From Patescibacteria group bacterium UBA3531 (GTDB taxonomy: Bacteria > Patescibacteriota > Minisyncoccia > Phycocordibacterales > UBA3531), in assembly GCA_002376885.1 (NCBI GenBank), contig DFOW01000001.1, forward strand, positions 15,381 to 79,380: a stretch of DNA of 64,000 nucleotides, read 5' to 3'. The translations under genes were made by a program, and so were the position numbers. Shown here one piece after another: positions 43,970 to 54,466 of the stretch. Position 1 is the first letter of the stretch. The number at the start of each line of letters is the position of its first letter. The notes under the pieces were generated by a model that was not told the DNA's origin, did no database searches, and was given only the letters and a program-made list of their open reading frames with translations.

Positions 43970-44571
43970 TATTTTTGGATATTTAATTTAGTTTTAGGAA
44001 AAAGTTTTTTTATTATACTCTCATACCCATCTCTCTCAACAATTTCCCAGGCCTCCTTATATGCTGGGAACATTTGGGATTTTTCTATATCACGCTCTAA
44101 TCGACTCGGTTCATTTAATACATCTTTGTAGAGAGCTTTTAAAACAGCATGCACCGCAACATGGATAATTACCAGATTCTCTTTATTTGGATACATTTCT
44201 TTAAGAATTTGAAAAAAACTGTATTCTTCTTTGTCTCTACTAAACAATCGATGTATCAACTCATGAGAAAGAATATCAATATAGCGGTCAGGCTCCAGGT
44301 AGGAACCAGTAACAAGGGGTGTGCTAAAACCACCCTTATAAGCAGGTAGTAAATACACATTAATCGTATCTTCTTTGTATGTCAGACCACATATGTCTTG
44401 TAGTCCGAGTAGTATTTTCTCTTCTACCTGCGACCACCTCTTTTTATATTCTTCAGCTCGTTCCTGTAATTTTTCTAAAGAAAGGGGTTCCCACTTTTTT
44501 TCTTGGGCATATAATGCAGCCATCTGGTGAAGTTTATGCTGCGTTATAAACTCTACCTTAGGAATATTCAT
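43969..44571 (-). CDS. hypothetical protein with HExxH motif inside the grpE-dnaK-dnaJ operon (putative small metallopeptidase)
   Basis: 200 aa. [12 protein letters not shown] contains HELIH. Start and stop overlap the dnaK and dnaJ boundaries. Confidence 0.35.
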   Translation of the reverse strand: MNIPKVEFITQHKLHQMAALYAQEKKWEPLSLEKLQERAEEYKKRWSQVEEKILLGLQDICGLTYKEDTINVYLLPAYKGGFSTPLVTGSYLEPDRYIDILSHELIHRLFSRDKEEYSFFQILKEMYPNKENLVIIHVAVHAVLKALYKDVLNEPSRLERDIEKSQMFPAYKEAWEIVERDGYESIIKKLFPKTKLNIQK

Positions 44572-46499
44572 TATTCTTTTTTATCTTCCTCTTTGAAGTC
44601 TGCGTCTTTTACGTTACTGTCTCCATTCTGGGTGCTATCCTGATCTTCTTTGCCTGCTTGGTTTTGATTTTGTTCTGGGGCGGTTTGTTTTTGCATTGCC
44701 TCTCCTATTTTTTGCATTTCTTTAGAAAGATCTTCTGTTGCTTTTTTGATTGCTTCGTTATCGTTACCAGCAAGTGCCTTTTTGGTTTCGTCTACTTTTT
44801 CAGTAACTGCTTTTTTAATATCATCACTAATTTTACCTTCTGCATCTTTAAGCGCCTTTTCTGCAGTATACACAAGAGATTCTGCAATATTTTTTGTTTC
44901 TGCTCCTTCCTTTTTCTTTTTATCTTCTTCTGCGTGGAGCTCTGCATCTTTTTTCATCTTCTCAATGTCTTCTGCTGACAAGCTTGATTTAGCTTCAATC
45001 CTAATTGATTGTTCTTTACCACTTGCCTTGTCTACTGCCTTAACAGAAAGGATTCCGTTTGCATCGATATCAAATGACACCTCTACTTGTGGAGTTCCTC
45101 TCGGTGCTGGTGGAATACCATCTAAAATAAAGCGTCCAAGACTTTTATTGTCTCCTGCCATTTCTCGTTCCCCTTGCACCACATGCACTTCAACACTGGT
45201 TTGGTTGTCTGCTGCAGTTGAGAAGGTTTGAGATTTACTTGCAGGAATAGTGGTATTTTTTTCGATAAGTTTTGTGGCTACTCCTCCAAGAGTTTCGATT
45301 CCTAGCGAAAGCGGTGTAACATCGAGCAAAAGAACATCTTTAACGTCTCCTTGGAAGATTCCTCCTTGTACAGCGGCGCCAATAGCCACCACCTCGTCTG
45401 GGTTAATGGTTCGGTTTGGATCTTTGCCGAAGAGTTCTTTTACCTTTTCTTGAATAATCGGCATTCGGGTTTGCCCACCGACTAAAATAATTTCATCAAT
45501 GTCACTAATTGCAAATCCTGAAGCTTCTACTGCTTGTTTTGTGATATCAATTGATCGATCTACAAATTTGCTTGCTAAATCCTCAAGTTGCGTTCTTGTC
45601 ATTTTTAGTAGCAAATGTTTTGGGCCATCTGCGTCGCTTGTAATGAAGGGAATATTGATTTCTGTTTCTGTTGTAGTTGAGAGCTCGTGCTTTGCCTTCT
45701 CTGCTCCTTCTTTAAGACGTTGAAGAGCAAGTTCATCTTTTAAGATGTCTACACCGTTTTCTTTTTTAAATTCTTCTCCAATCCATTTAATGATTTCTTG
45801 ATCGATATCTTCCCCACCCATGTGAGAATCTCCATCGGTTGATTTGACTTCGATACTTTGACCTTCCTCGTCCCCTGTTCCAATTTCAAGAACTGACACA
45901 TCAAAGGTTCCTCCACCAAAGTCATACACCACTACTTGCTCATTCTTTTTTTTGTCGAGGCCGTAAGCAAGTGCAGCTGCGGTTGGTTCGTTAATAATTC
46001 TACGAACTTTGAGCCCTGCGATTTCTCCTGCATTTTTAGTTGCTTGTCGTTGAGAGTCATCAAAGTATGCAGGCACGGTAATAACTGCTTCTTCTACTTT
46101 CTCTCCTAATTTTGCTTCTGCATCTTTTTTAAGTTTTTGGAGAATTTTTGCGCTGATTTCTTCTGGACGGAAGAACTTGTCTCCCATTTTTACCTTTACA
46201 CCGCCATCGTCTGATCGCTCCATTTCGTAGGCGACAATATCTTTTTCTTCCTTAACGACACTATCTTCAAACCGGTGTCCCATAAGGCGCTTGATTCCGT
46301 GAATGGTATTTTTTGGGTTGGTAACTGCCTGTCGTTTAGCTAAAAGACCAACAAGTGTCTCACCTGATTTTGAGAGCGCAACAACTGATGGTGTTGTTCG
46401 GTTTCCTTCTTGGTTTTCAATAACTTTTGGTTCACCACCCTCAACCGCAGCAACAGCAGAATTAGTGGTTCCCAAATCAATTCCAATGATTTTTGCCAT
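44571..46499 (-). CDS. dnaK: chaperone DnaK (Hsp70)
   Basis: [23 protein letters not shown] and the rest of the Hsp70 signature set. 642 aa. Confidence 0.95.
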   Translation of the reverse strand: MAKIIGIDLGTTNSAVAAVEGGEPKVIENQEGNRTTPSVVALSKSGETLVGLLAKRQAVTNPKNTIHGIKRLMGHRFEDSVVKEEKDIVAYEMERSDDGGVKVKMGDKFFRPEEISAKILQKLKKDAEAKLGEKVEEAVITVPAYFDDSQRQATKNAGEIAGLKVRRIINEPTAAALAYGLDKKKNEQVVVYDFGGGTFDVSVLEIGTGDEEGQSIEVKSTDGDSHMGGEDIDQEIIKWIGEEFKKENGVDILKDELALQRLKEGAEKAKHELSTTTETEINIPFITSDADGPKHLLLKMTRTQLEDLASKFVDRSIDITKQAVEASGFAISDIDEIILVGGQTRMPIIQEKVKELFGKDPNRTINPDEVVAIGAAVQGGIFQGDVKDVLLLDVTPLSLGIETLGGVATKLIEKNTTIPASKSQTFSTAADNQTSVEVHVVQGEREMAGDNKSLGRFILDGIPPAPRGTPQVEVSFDIDANGILSVKAVDKASGKEQSIRIEAKSSLSAEDIEKMKKDAELHAEEDKKKKEGAETKNIAESLVYTAEKALKDAEGKISDDIKKAVTEKVDETKKALAGNDNEAIKKATEDLSKEMQKIGEAMQKQTAPEQNQNQAGKEDQDSTQNGDSNVKDADFKEEDKKE

Positions 46500-46652
46500 G
46501 ATATTTAGTGGTTAATTAGTAATGAAAGTGTCTTATTAAGCGACGTAGAGTGAGATCCGATACTACTTTTTATAAAAGTGGGTGTCGGGCGAGCCGAGGA
46601 GCTTATATAGTTCCAAGGATATACAACTCTACTCTTAAGGGACTATATACTA

Positions 46653-47204
46653 TCACGATTTTTTGTATTCGGCCACTTTGACTCGCGCCGGCCGAACAAT
46701 GTGATTATTTAACATAAAACCTTTTTGAATAATGTCAGTAATTTTCCCGTCGTCTCCTTTTTTGTCTGCCTCTACAACTTCTGCTGACACATGACGATTA
46801 GGGTCAAAAGGCTTTCCAAGGTCTTCGTAAGGCTCGAGTCCATGGTTTTTTAGGGTTTCCATCAAGTGATTATAAATATACTCAACCCCTGTTCGCCATA
46901 CTTGGTCTACCTTCTCCCATGCCTCTTTATCTTTAAAGGCCATATCGAAGCTATCGATAACCGGGAAAAGATCATTAATTAAATCTTCTTTAGCAAGAGA
47001 ACGAAGACGGGTTTTATCGTCCTCAAAATTACGTTTTGCATTAACAAAATCCGCTTTTGAGCGTTGCCATCCTTCGAGATACTCACCCTTTTCCTTTCGG
47101 CAGGCTTCGAGTTCTTTTTTTAGTTTCTTTAGCTTTTTGGCGTACTCGGGAGTATCTTCAAGGGATTCGTATTCAATGTCATCGTATGAATCCTTTTTAG
47201 ACAT
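46653..47204 (-). CDS. grpE: nucleotide exchange factor GrpE
   Basis: 183 aa. GrpE-like coiled-coil N-terminus and the C-terminal ..DPNRHVSAEVV... beta-sheet domain motif. Confidence 0.8.
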   Translation of the reverse strand: MSKKDSYDDIEYESLEDTPEYAKKLKKLKKELEACRKEKGEYLEGWQRSKADFVNAKRNFEDDKTRLRSLAKEDLINDLFPVIDSFDMAFKDKEAWEKVDQVWRTGVEYIYNHLMETLKNHGLEPYEDLGKPFDPNRHVSAEVVEADKKGDDGKITDIIQKGFMLNNHIVRPARVKVAEYKKS

Positions 47205-47222
47205 AGATTATATGGGGCGAGA

Positions 47223-47630
47223 TTATCGCTTGCTCCACTGTGGCGACTTCCGTGCCTTCTTCTTACCAAACTTACGTCGCTCTTTAATTCGTGCGTCTCG
47301 GGTAAGGAGTCCTGACTTTTTGAGTGATTTGCGGAGTTCTCCATCGAATGAAAGAAGCGCTCGAGAAAATCCATGGCGAACTGCCTCTGCTTGAGAGTGG
47401 ATTCCACCACCTGATACTTTTACTGAAACACTAAACTTTTCGCCTGGCGCAGACTTTTCGATCGGCTCATGGACAATCTTTTTAAGTTCTTCTGTTGGGA
47501 AGTACTCATCTAAAGACTTATCATTTACACTCAAGGTATTTTTACCAGCGGGAGTAATACGAACTCGCGCGACAGACTCCTTTCGTTTTCCTACTCCTTC
47601 GGTATATTGTTTATCTTTTGTGGTTGCCAT
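47223..47630 (-). CDS. rpsI: 30S ribosomal protein S9
   Basis: C-terminus ...KKARKSPQWSKR typical of uS9. 135 aa. Confidence 0.85.
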   Translation of the reverse strand: MATTKDKQYTEGVGKRKESVARVRITPAGKNTLSVNDKSLDEYFPTEELKKIVHEPIEKSAPGEKFSVSVKVSGGGIHSQAEAVRHGFSRALLSFDGELRKSLKKSGLLTRDARIKERRKFGKKKARKSPQWSKR

Positions 47631-47631
47631 A

Positions 47632-47994
47632 TTAGTCCGTAATAGTTAAATTCTTTAACATTTCTTTTCGTAATTTGTTTCCGGGAAGCATTCCATATAC
47701 TGCCTTCCGTACCGCCTCACCGTGCCCCTTTTTAGCAATAAGCTCTTCAAGCGTTTGTTCTCGCAATCCCCCTGGATAACCGGTGTACCGTGTATACACT
47801 TTTCCTTTTGCTTTTCGTTCAGTAATGTTTAGCTTACTTGCATTTACTACATGCACTTTAACTTTTGGAGCAACATTTGCTTTAAAATCTGGAGTCGTTT
47901 TGCCTCGCAATAAAAGCGCAGCTTCGCTTGCTACTCGTCCTAATTGTCTATCTTGTGCGTCAATCGTAAATGTTGCCATATTATACAAATTCAA
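47632..47994 (-). CDS. rplM: 50S ribosomal protein L13
   Basis: N-terminus TFTIDAQDRQLGRVASEAALLLRGK is the uL13 signature. Short at 120 aa. Confidence 0.8.
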   Translation of the reverse strand: MNLYNMATFTIDAQDRQLGRVASEAALLLRGKTTPDFKANVAPKVKVHVVNASKLNITERKAKGKVYTRYTGYPGGLREQTLEELIAKKGHGEAVRKAVYGMLPGNKLRKEMLKNLTITD

Positions 47995-48331
47995 TTACTG
48001 CCATTTTTGCAGCATCCCCTTTACGTGCCGGTAATTTTATAACTCGGGTGTAGCCACCTTCTCGCTTTTCGTACTTTGGGGCGATTTCATCGATAAGTTT
48101 TTTTGCTGCAGTCTTTGATCCAAGGCGTGCCACCAAAATTCGGTGAGCAGCAACATCGCCCTTTCGTGCTCGTGTTACAAGCTTTTCAATAAAGCTTTTG
48201 AGTTCTTTTGCTTTTGCTTCGGTCGTCTCAATTTTTTCATAACGCACCAAAGACTCTGCAAGGTGCTTCAAAAGAGCATTCCTTTGATTTCGTGTCCTTC
48301 CAAATTTTCGGTTAGCGTTATGATGTCGCAT
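47981..48331 (-). CDS. rplQ: 50S ribosomal protein L17
   Basis: MRHHNANRKFGRTRNQRNALLKHLAESL... is the canonical bL17 N-terminus. Confidence 0.9.
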   Translation of the reverse strand: MRHHNANRKFGRTRNQRNALLKHLAESLVRYEKIETTEAKAKELKSFIEKLVTRARKGDVAAHRILVARLGSKTAAKKLIDEIAPKYEKREGGYTRVIKLPARKGDAAKMAVIEFV

Positions 48332-48344
48332 GATTCTATTGCTT

Positions 48345-49373
48345 CTATTGTTTCAGGGTCAATCCGAAGTTACTTAATACTCGTTTAATCTCGGTGATTC
48401 CTTTTGCTCCAAGACCATCTACATCAAGAAGATCCTCTTCTCCTTTTCGTACCAATCCACCAATGGTTCGGATTCCTGAATTACCGAGCGCTTTCATGGT
48501 TCTAACAGAAAGGCTAAGGTCTTCGATTCGGGTCTTCAATACATCGTCATCTGGTTGTTCAACCATTGCTTCTGCCTCGCCCTTCAATTCTTCTTTAATT
48601 TCTTCTGCGAGTTCTGCTGGTTCTGGCTCTTCTTCTTTAAATCCAACAATTGCTTTTAATTGCTTGATCATGATCTCGATAGCCTTCTCAAGAGCCTCTT
48701 TTGGAGAAACGGTTCCGTCTGTTTCGATAGCAAGTCGCAATCGGTTAAAGTCGGTTCGGTCTCCTACTCGCATGTTCTCTACCTCGTAGTTTACGCGCCG
48801 TACGGGAGTAAAGGTTGCATCAAGTGCAATCATTCCAATGTCTACCTTCTCTTTAGAAAGCGCCTCTTTTGGCATGTAACCAAGACCTTTTTCAATCGTT
48901 GCCTCCATTACAAAATGAGTATCTTTTGAGGTAACAGTAAGGATGTGTTCATCTGGATTACCTACCTCTACTTGTCCTGGCAAGGTAAGATCTTTTGCTT
49001 TTACTTCTTTGTCTCCTTTAATATCGAGCTTAATTACTTGTGGCTCGTCAACGGTCATATTAAACCGAACCTTTTTAAGGTTAAGAATAATGTTAAGAAC
49101 ATCCTCTTTAACACCGGTGAGTGTTGAGAACTCATGATCTACTCCGTCAATTTTTACTGACGTAATAGCAGCTCCTGGGAGACTTGAAAGAATGATCCTT
49201 CGCAAAGAGTTACCAAGAGTATGACCGTACCCTGGGTAAAGCCCTTCAATCTCATAGACACCCTTGGTTCCTTCCTCGTGGGTTATCTTTGGCTTTGATG
49301 GCAATACAATGTTGTAATCTGGCATAGTATTTAAAATTACTCGTTTAGATTTATACTCGGCTATAAAACTCAA
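48345..49373 (-). CDS. rpoA: DNA-directed RNA polymerase subunit alpha
   Basis: N-terminal domain GYGHTLGNSLRRIILSSLPGAAITSVKIDGV, plus a C-terminal alpha-CTD. 342 aa. Confidence 0.9.
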   Translation of the reverse strand: MSFIAEYKSKRVILNTMPDYNIVLPSKPKITHEEGTKGVYEIEGLYPGYGHTLGNSLRRIILSSLPGAAITSVKIDGVDHEFSTLTGVKEDVLNIILNLKKVRFNMTVDEPQVIKLDIKGDKEVKAKDLTLPGQVEVGNPDEHILTVTSKDTHFVMEATIEKGLGYMPKEALSKEKVDIGMIALDATFTPVRRVNYEVENMRVGDRTDFNRLRLAIETDGTVSPKEALEKAIEIMIKQLKAIVGFKEEEPEPAELAEEIKEELKGEAEAMVEQPDDDVLKTRIEDLSLSVRTMKALGNSGIRTIGGLVRKGEEDLLDVDGLGAKGITEIKRVLSNFGLTLKQ

Positions 49374-49968
49374 TCACGGTTGCAAGGTCGAGTGTTTCGT
49401 CTTGCGCACCTTCTTGTGCTGGAGTTCCTTTAATGGCTACTTCGCCCTTCTTTTTGTCGTAACTAAACCAGGTTGGTGTTGCTACGTCTTTTGTTTTTTC
49501 ACCAATTCCAGCAAAAATGTGATTTTCTTTACTTTCAGGACGAATCGACACGACGTCCCCAACTTTTAGCTTGTATGATGGCACGGTTACTTTTCTTCCA
49601 TTTACGTGAATGTGTCCGTGACTTACGATTTGCCGTGCAAAGGCTCGTGTATTGGCAAACCCTGATCGGAATACAACATTATCGAGTCGTGATTCAAGCG
49701 ATGCAAACAATGACTGTGTAGGAGTGGTTTCTTTTTGGTTTCTGGCTTTTTTAACGTAGTTAGAAAGTTGCTTTTCATTAATGTAGTAGGAGTATCGTAC
49801 TTTTTGCTTTTCAAGAAGTTGGATTCCATACTCGGTTCGAGATTTTCGGAATGTTCTTTGAGCTCCTTGTTTTTTGCTTTTAGCAAGCTGAAATTTTTGT
49901 GTTTGGCATTGCCCAAACACATCGCTTCCTAGTCGTCTACAAATTTTATATTTTGGTCCTACTTTCAT
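49351..49968 (-). CDS. rpsD: 30S ribosomal protein S4
   Basis: MKVGPKYKICRRLG... N-terminus. S4 domain (RQIVSHGHIHVNGRKV). Confidence 0.9.
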   Translation of the reverse strand: MKVGPKYKICRRLGSDVFGQCQTQKFQLAKSKKQGAQRTFRKSRTEYGIQLLEKQKVRYSYYINEKQLSNYVKKARNQKETTPTQSLFASLESRLDNVVFRSGFANTRAFARQIVSHGHIHVNGRKVTVPSYKLKVGDVVSIRPESKENHIFAGIGEKTKDVATPTWFSYDKKKGEVAIKGTPAQEGAQDETLDLATVIEFYSRV

Positions 49969-49970
49969 GG

Positions 49971-50402
49971 TTATACTCGTCGTGGTTTTTTAGCTCGCGG
50001 ACCATTGTGTGGAATAGGGGTAATATCTTTAATACTTGAAACGTCCATTCCTCGTCCTACGAATGTTCTAATTGCTGACTCTCGGCCTGAACCAACTCCT
50101 TTTACTACAATATCAACTTCTTTTACTCCCATGCCTTCTGCCTTCTCTAGTACGATTTCTGCAACCTTCCCAGCAGCAAAGGGAGTTCCTTTTTTGGCTC
50201 CTTTGAAACCAAGTGATCCACTTGAGCTCCATGCAAGAGCGTTTCCTTTTGTGTCAGAAAGAAGAAGCTTTGTATTATTGAAGGTAGCTTGAACGTGGAG
50301 CACTCCTTGTGCCACACGCTTTTTTGAACCTCGAGCACTAGCGCGGCGTACGCCCTCTCCAGATTCTCCACCTGATTTTGTGATAATACGCTTCTTTCCC
50401 AT
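49971..50402 (-). CDS. rpsK: 30S ribosomal protein S11
   Basis: GVLHVQATFNNTKLLLSDTKGNALAWSSSG...GSGRESAIR is the uS11 signature. Confidence 0.9.
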   Translation of the reverse strand: MGKKRIITKSGGESGEGVRRASARGSKKRVAQGVLHVQATFNNTKLLLSDTKGNALAWSSSGSLGFKGAKKGTPFAAGKVAEIVLEKAEGMGVKEVDIVVKGVGSGRESAIRTFVGRGMDVSSIKDITPIPHNGPRAKKPRRV

Positions 50403-50403
50403 A

Positions 50404-50784
50404 CTATTTCTTTTCTAACTTTCGTTTACCTGAACCCATGGTCTTTCGTACGTTTCCACGAACGGTTCGTGAATTGGTTTTGGTTCGTTGACCACGGCTT
50501 GGCAAGTTATGTGAATGACGTGCCCCTCGGTAACTTTTAATATCTTTCAATCGCTTAATGTTTCCAGAAACTTCTCGTTTTAAATCTCCTTCGATAGCAA
50601 AAGCTTCAATCTCTTTTCGGATCTTATTTTCATCTTCTGGTTTAAGATCCTTTGGCTTTGAACCTCGTTCAATTCCTGTTTTATCTAAAATTTGATGCGC
50701 TCTGGTCCGCCCAACACCAAAAACGGCGGTGAGGCCGATTTCGAGTCTTTTTTCATCTGGAATGGTAATACCTGCGATTCGCAT
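50404..50784 (-). CDS. rpsM: 30S ribosomal protein S13
   Basis: MRIAGITIPDEKRLEIGLTAVFGVGRTRA is the uS13 N-terminus. Confidence 0.9.
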   Translation of the reverse strand: MRIAGITIPDEKRLEIGLTAVFGVGRTRAHQILDKTGIERGSKPKDLKPEDENKIRKEIEAFAIEGDLKREVSGNIKRLKDIKSYRGARHSHNLPSRGQRTKTNSRTVRGNVRKTMGSGKRKLEKK

Positions 50785-50786
50785 AT

Positions 50787-50900
50787 TTATCCTTGTCGTT
50801 GTTTATGTTTTGGATTGGTGCACAAAACATACAGCCGACCAGAACGTCTGACCAGCTTGCAATTCATGCACATTTTTTTGACTGATGCCCTTACTTTCAT
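50787..50900 (-). CDS. rpmJ: 50S ribosomal protein L36
   Basis: Unlisted 37-aa [40 protein letters not shown] (the bL36 C-x2-C...C-x4-H zinc ribbon). Its ATG overlaps the infA TGA (ATGA). Confidence 0.85.
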   Translation of the reverse strand: MKVRASVKKMCMNCKLVRRSGRLYVLCTNPKHKQRQG

Positions 50901-51112
50901 AGTCTTTTAATGATCCTCCCTTTTTCGCCGTAATCATCTAATTTTACGGTTACTTTATCGCCAACAAGGACCTTGATTCTATGCATTCGCATCTTCCCAG
51001 AGAGGTAGGTAAGAATTTCTTTACCCGGCTCAAGTTCTACCCGAAACATAGTGTTCGGAAGAGCCTCGAGAACTACTCCCTCTTTCAAATCAATGGAATC
51101 GTTTGTTGTCAT
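50897..51112 (-). CDS. infA: translation initiation factor IF-1
   Basis: 71-aa S1-like fold. [50 protein letters not shown]. Confidence 0.9.
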   Translation of the reverse strand: MTTNDSIDLKEGVVLEALPNTMFRVELEPGKEILTYLSGKMRMHRIKVLVGDKVTVKLDDYGEKGRIIKRL

Positions 51113-51178
51113 TAGGGTTTAGGTATAGTAGCAAAAGATATCCCCAGACGTCAAGGGTTTTAGCCTTAAAAATCGGGC

Positions 51179-52465
51179 TTATTTTAAGACCTCTACAATC
51201 TCTATTTTTTCACTATTTGAGGGGAATCGTCGAGCCCAGAAAGGGTCAAATTGAGTGACTTGGGCTTGAATAATGTCAGGGAATTCTTCAATAAACATAC
51301 GCTGATAGGTGATTTCATCCTTCGGGAGTCCTGAAAGAGCGCTCTGTACGGCCATTTTATCGATATCCCAGACGAAGACGGCTTCGCCAGAAATCGTGAC
51401 TTGGGCATCGCCTGGATCATTAAAATCAATTTCATTCTTGTTTTGAAGACTGAAGGAAAGGTCTGCCAAGTTCCCTACTGAGACGATTCCGCTATCCACG
51501 CCAGAGAGTGCTTCTCCTGCAATATAGGCATCAAGACTGTCTTGGTGGAGGGCGATTCCTTCAAGTTCTCCGCTCACAATAAAGGTTACGGGCTCATCTT
51601 CTTTAGAAACGTCCTCTTCTCTGGATTCTGTGAAGTTAATAAAGATAGCATCATCCAAAAGAATGTAACCTTCGGGGAGTCCTTCGAGTGCTTCTTCCTT
51701 CAGGCTCCCCGTGAGAGCATTTTCAAGCTCGCTTCGGGCAGCGTCCTCGTCCTCCTTCTTTACCTCCTTGGTGAGACCAGAGAATCCTCCTGTCATAGGT
51801 GTCTTTGAACGAGCATATACGGCATCAAAAAGCGGTGTTCCTTTAAGGCCTGGGACCGTAAAGTCTACAAAATCAATATTGTAATTATCTCCTGGTTCAT
51901 CTGCCTGGACTGTTACCTCAAGTGATCCAGGGCCACTATTTGTTCCTGCCGGAACCGTAACGGCATCAGAGATTCTATATACAAGACCATTTGGTGCTTC
52001 AAACCGAGTCCTGGCAATAAGGCGTTGTGTGCTTCCATTATCATTGAAAATAACTATTTTCCCGGAAGCTTTTCGTTCAATATCTTTTACTCCTTGTGCT
52101 CGTACATCCTTTTCCATTGATCCTGATGCACTCACTACTTGTACCACGGGGTTTGCACTCAAAGACGAAATATCTGAAAGCGTGAACTCAAGATCAATTG
52201 CTTGGGTTTCGGTTCGTGGTGTTACCTCAACCACTACCTTTCCAGTAAATGAGAAAAAGATAATCGCAACAACAATAAGAGCAAGGACTGCCCATAACCA
52301 TTTTTTAGAGAAAAACCCCCCGAGGTTCATTGAACGTCTTCGTCTTGGTGGTTTTGGTGGAAGCGGTCGGCGCATTGGTGGCGGAGTATTTTCTTCCGTC
52401 ACGGGCGGTTTTTTCATCGGTACGTTTTTATGAATGACAACGTCTTGTATAGCGCTTTTAGGCAT
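51179..52465 (-). CDS. membrane-anchored hypothetical protein with Pro-rich cytoplasmic N-terminus
   Basis: PPVTEENTPPPMRRPLPPKPPRRRR, then one TM helix, then about 330 aa of extracytoplasmic domain. It occupies the position usually held by secY-adk-map upstream of infA. Confidence 0.35.
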   Translation of the reverse strand: MPKSAIQDVVIHKNVPMKKPPVTEENTPPPMRRPLPPKPPRRRRSMNLGGFFSKKWLWAVLALIVVAIIFFSFTGKVVVEVTPRTETQAIDLEFTLSDISSLSANPVVQVVSASGSMEKDVRAQGVKDIERKASGKIVIFNDNGSTQRLIARTRFEAPNGLVYRISDAVTVPAGTNSGPGSLEVTVQADEPGDNYNIDFVDFTVPGLKGTPLFDAVYARSKTPMTGGFSGLTKEVKKEDEDAARSELENALTGSLKEEALEGLPEGYILLDDAIFINFTESREEDVSKEDEPVTFIVSGELEGIALHQDSLDAYIAGEALSGVDSGIVSVGNLADLSFSLQNKNEIDFNDPGDAQVTISGEAVFVWDIDKMAVQSALSGLPKDEITYQRMFIEEFPDIIQAQVTQFDPFWARRFPSNSEKIEIVEVLK

Positions 52466-52480
52466 GGATTTTATACTAGT

Positions 52481-53632
52481 CTATTTTAATCCGTTTGTAA
52501 AAAGAGACAAGAGGATAAGCATAGGGTCAAGTGACTCTTTATGAGCATTATCGATTTTTTTTGAAAATACGGCTGTATCAAGCTCTTTTATAGAGAAGTT
52601 TTCGCTGTCTTCGGTGCTAAAGAGCTCACGCCTAGATTCCTTAAACCATTCGGGGAAAAACGAGGAAACTGAGGGGTCGCTCACAATTAAAATGCGTGCC
52701 GGTAACCCTCCACGGAGCTTTCCTTCTTCAATGGTTCTTTTAAAGCTCTCTTTCCACATTCCTTGAATTACAGCGAGCGCTCCTTCTGTTCGTGTTCTGC
52801 TTTTTTCATTTAACTTTTCACTTTTATAGAGTCCTAGGATTGAGTGAGCTTCACTCATCTCTACTCCCATCTCTCGTGCTAAGAGCCGTAAAAAAGTGTT
52901 TCTCCCAAACGGGAATGAAATAATTTGTGTAAGGTCGTTATCTACTGAAACAATAAGGTCAGAGACTTCGCTCGACACGTTAAGAAGCGTAAAGTTTTCT
53001 TCTTTAGGGAAGAGCATTCCTACTGTTGCGTATAAAGAAAGCGGTGTTCCGTGGAAGAGTGTATTGTCAGTATGAAATACTTGATGAACAATATTTTTTA
53101 ATTTCTCAACAATTACTTTTTCGGTATAACTCACAAAGAGTGTCACCATCATACTGTCTGCTTGTTTATTGTAAGGATCAGCAATTGAATAGCCGTTCAG
53201 CTGGATATCGAGAATCTTTTGTTCTAATAGAACCTTGTCTTTTTTTGCTGGGTCTTCTCCGGCAAGTGTCTCTATTTCTTTTTTTACAAGATTTGCAACA
53301 AGGTCGTGCGTAACCTTAAATGAGGCTCCTTTGTAATGTATCTTCCTTACTTCTCTATAGGTTAAGAGCGAAGGAATAAAACAATGAACCTCTTTAAATG
53401 AAGAGAACTCTTTATTCATTGCCATCTCAGTCGCGGCGCTCGTGGCTGCCCACAGTACTCGAGAAAGATATCTGTCTACACTTGGTTTTTCGCGCTCTTC
53501 AAAAAAACGTCGTTTAGCGTAGTGAACAGTTGGTTTTTCTTTGCCCAGATCAGTGTAGGCAATACCAACGCTCCCTGAACCGATATGAAAAAGCGCGGCA
53601 CCATTATCTTTGCCTCGTTTAGTTCCAAACAT
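52481..53632 (-). CDS. hypothetical protein with possible actin-like ATPase (ASKHA) N-terminus
   Basis: AALFHIGSGSVGIAY resembles the phosphate-1 motif of FtsA/PilM/Ppx-GppA families. Remainder unassigned. Confidence 0.3.
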   Translation of the reverse strand: MFGTKRGKDNGAALFHIGSGSVGIAYTDLGKEKPTVHYAKRRFFEEREKPSVDRYLSRVLWAATSAATEMAMNKEFSSFKEVHCFIPSLLTYREVRKIHYKGASFKVTHDLVANLVKKEIETLAGEDPAKKDKVLLEQKILDIQLNGYSIADPYNKQADSMMVTLFVSYTEKVIVEKLKNIVHQVFHTDNTLFHGTPLSLYATVGMLFPKEENFTLLNVSSEVSDLIVSVDNDLTQIISFPFGRNTFLRLLAREMGVEMSEAHSILGLYKSEKLNEKSRTRTEGALAVIQGMWKESFKRTIEEGKLRGGLPARILIVSDPSVSSFFPEWFKESRRELFSTEDSENFSIKELDTAVFSKKIDNAHKESLDPMLILLSLFTNGLK

Positions 53633-53657
53633 GATTTAAGTATAACAGACGCTTGTA

Positions 53658-54188
53658 TTAGAATCCTGCTTTGTTTGTTGATTTTTTTAATGCGCGATCG
53701 ACGTGTTCTGCAATTTTGTTTCGTGCACCGTATGGATCGGGAACTTGTTTAAATACAAAGTCTCGAGACTTACCGGCAGTTTGCACATGCACATCTCCAA
53801 AATTAAGAAGTGTAGGAATGATACCTTTTACTTCAACAGTAATGTCTTGAATTCTATCGAGACGAAACTCTGAAACATCTCGAGAGAAAAGCGCATATTG
53901 TTCAATGTCGTATACACGAGTGGTGGTAATTACCCATAAATCAAGGGCGTAGTTAACCCATTTTACAAATAAAATAGACCATTCAATAAGAAGGATAGAT
54001 GCCACTACAATAACAACCAACCTTCGCGCGTCAGGAACATATTGAGAAAGCGCTTCTCCTGCAATAAATGCAAGAGGAATAAGAATGATTACTGCGACAA
54101 TACTTGGGAAGGACGATATAAAGTAGACAAACCAATGCCTTCTAAAAAACATTTCTAACTTTTCGCCTTCTGGAACGGTAAAACTCAT
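53658..54188 (-). CDS. membrane protein with bacterial PH (YdbS/YdbT-like) domain
   Basis: Two N-terminal TM helices, then a bPH_2-like soluble domain (...LDLWVITTTRVYDIEQYALFSRDVSEFRL...). Confidence 0.5.
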   Translation of the reverse strand: MSFTVPEGEKLEMFFRRHWFVYFISSFPSIVAVIILIPLAFIAGEALSQYVPDARRLVVIVVASILLIEWSILFVKWVNYALDLWVITTTRVYDIEQYALFSRDVSEFRLDRIQDITVEVKGIIPTLLNFGDVHVQTAGKSRDFVFKQVPDPYGARNKIAEHVDRALKKSTNKAGF

Positions 54189-54189
54189 A

Positions 54190-54465
54190 TTAAATACTTA
54201 AAAGCACACTTAAAATAACCACGAGCGGAACAAATGAGACGACCAAGTAAATCACCTCTGCCTTAATAGCAAATGTTTTAGTAAGACTATAACGACGCAA
54301 ATGATACGTAGTGGTAATAAGCGTCACAATAAAAACAATAAATACAAGCAAAAAAAGTACTGCAGATATCCACCGTATTGCATCAATACTCAAAACTGTC
54401 CCCAAATAGTCATAAGAAAACCCTGGGATTCCAAAGTCTAAGCTGTCTAAATTTGGTTCTGGCAT
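54190..54465 (-). CDS. small membrane protein (hypothetical)
   Basis: 91 aa, two predicted TM helices. Confidence 0.3.
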   Translation of the reverse strand: MPEPNLDSLDFGIPGFSYDYLGTVLSIDAIRWISAVLFLLVFIVFIVTLITTTYHLRRYSLTKTFAIKAEVIYLVVSFVPLVVILSVLLSI

Positions 54466-54466
54466 A

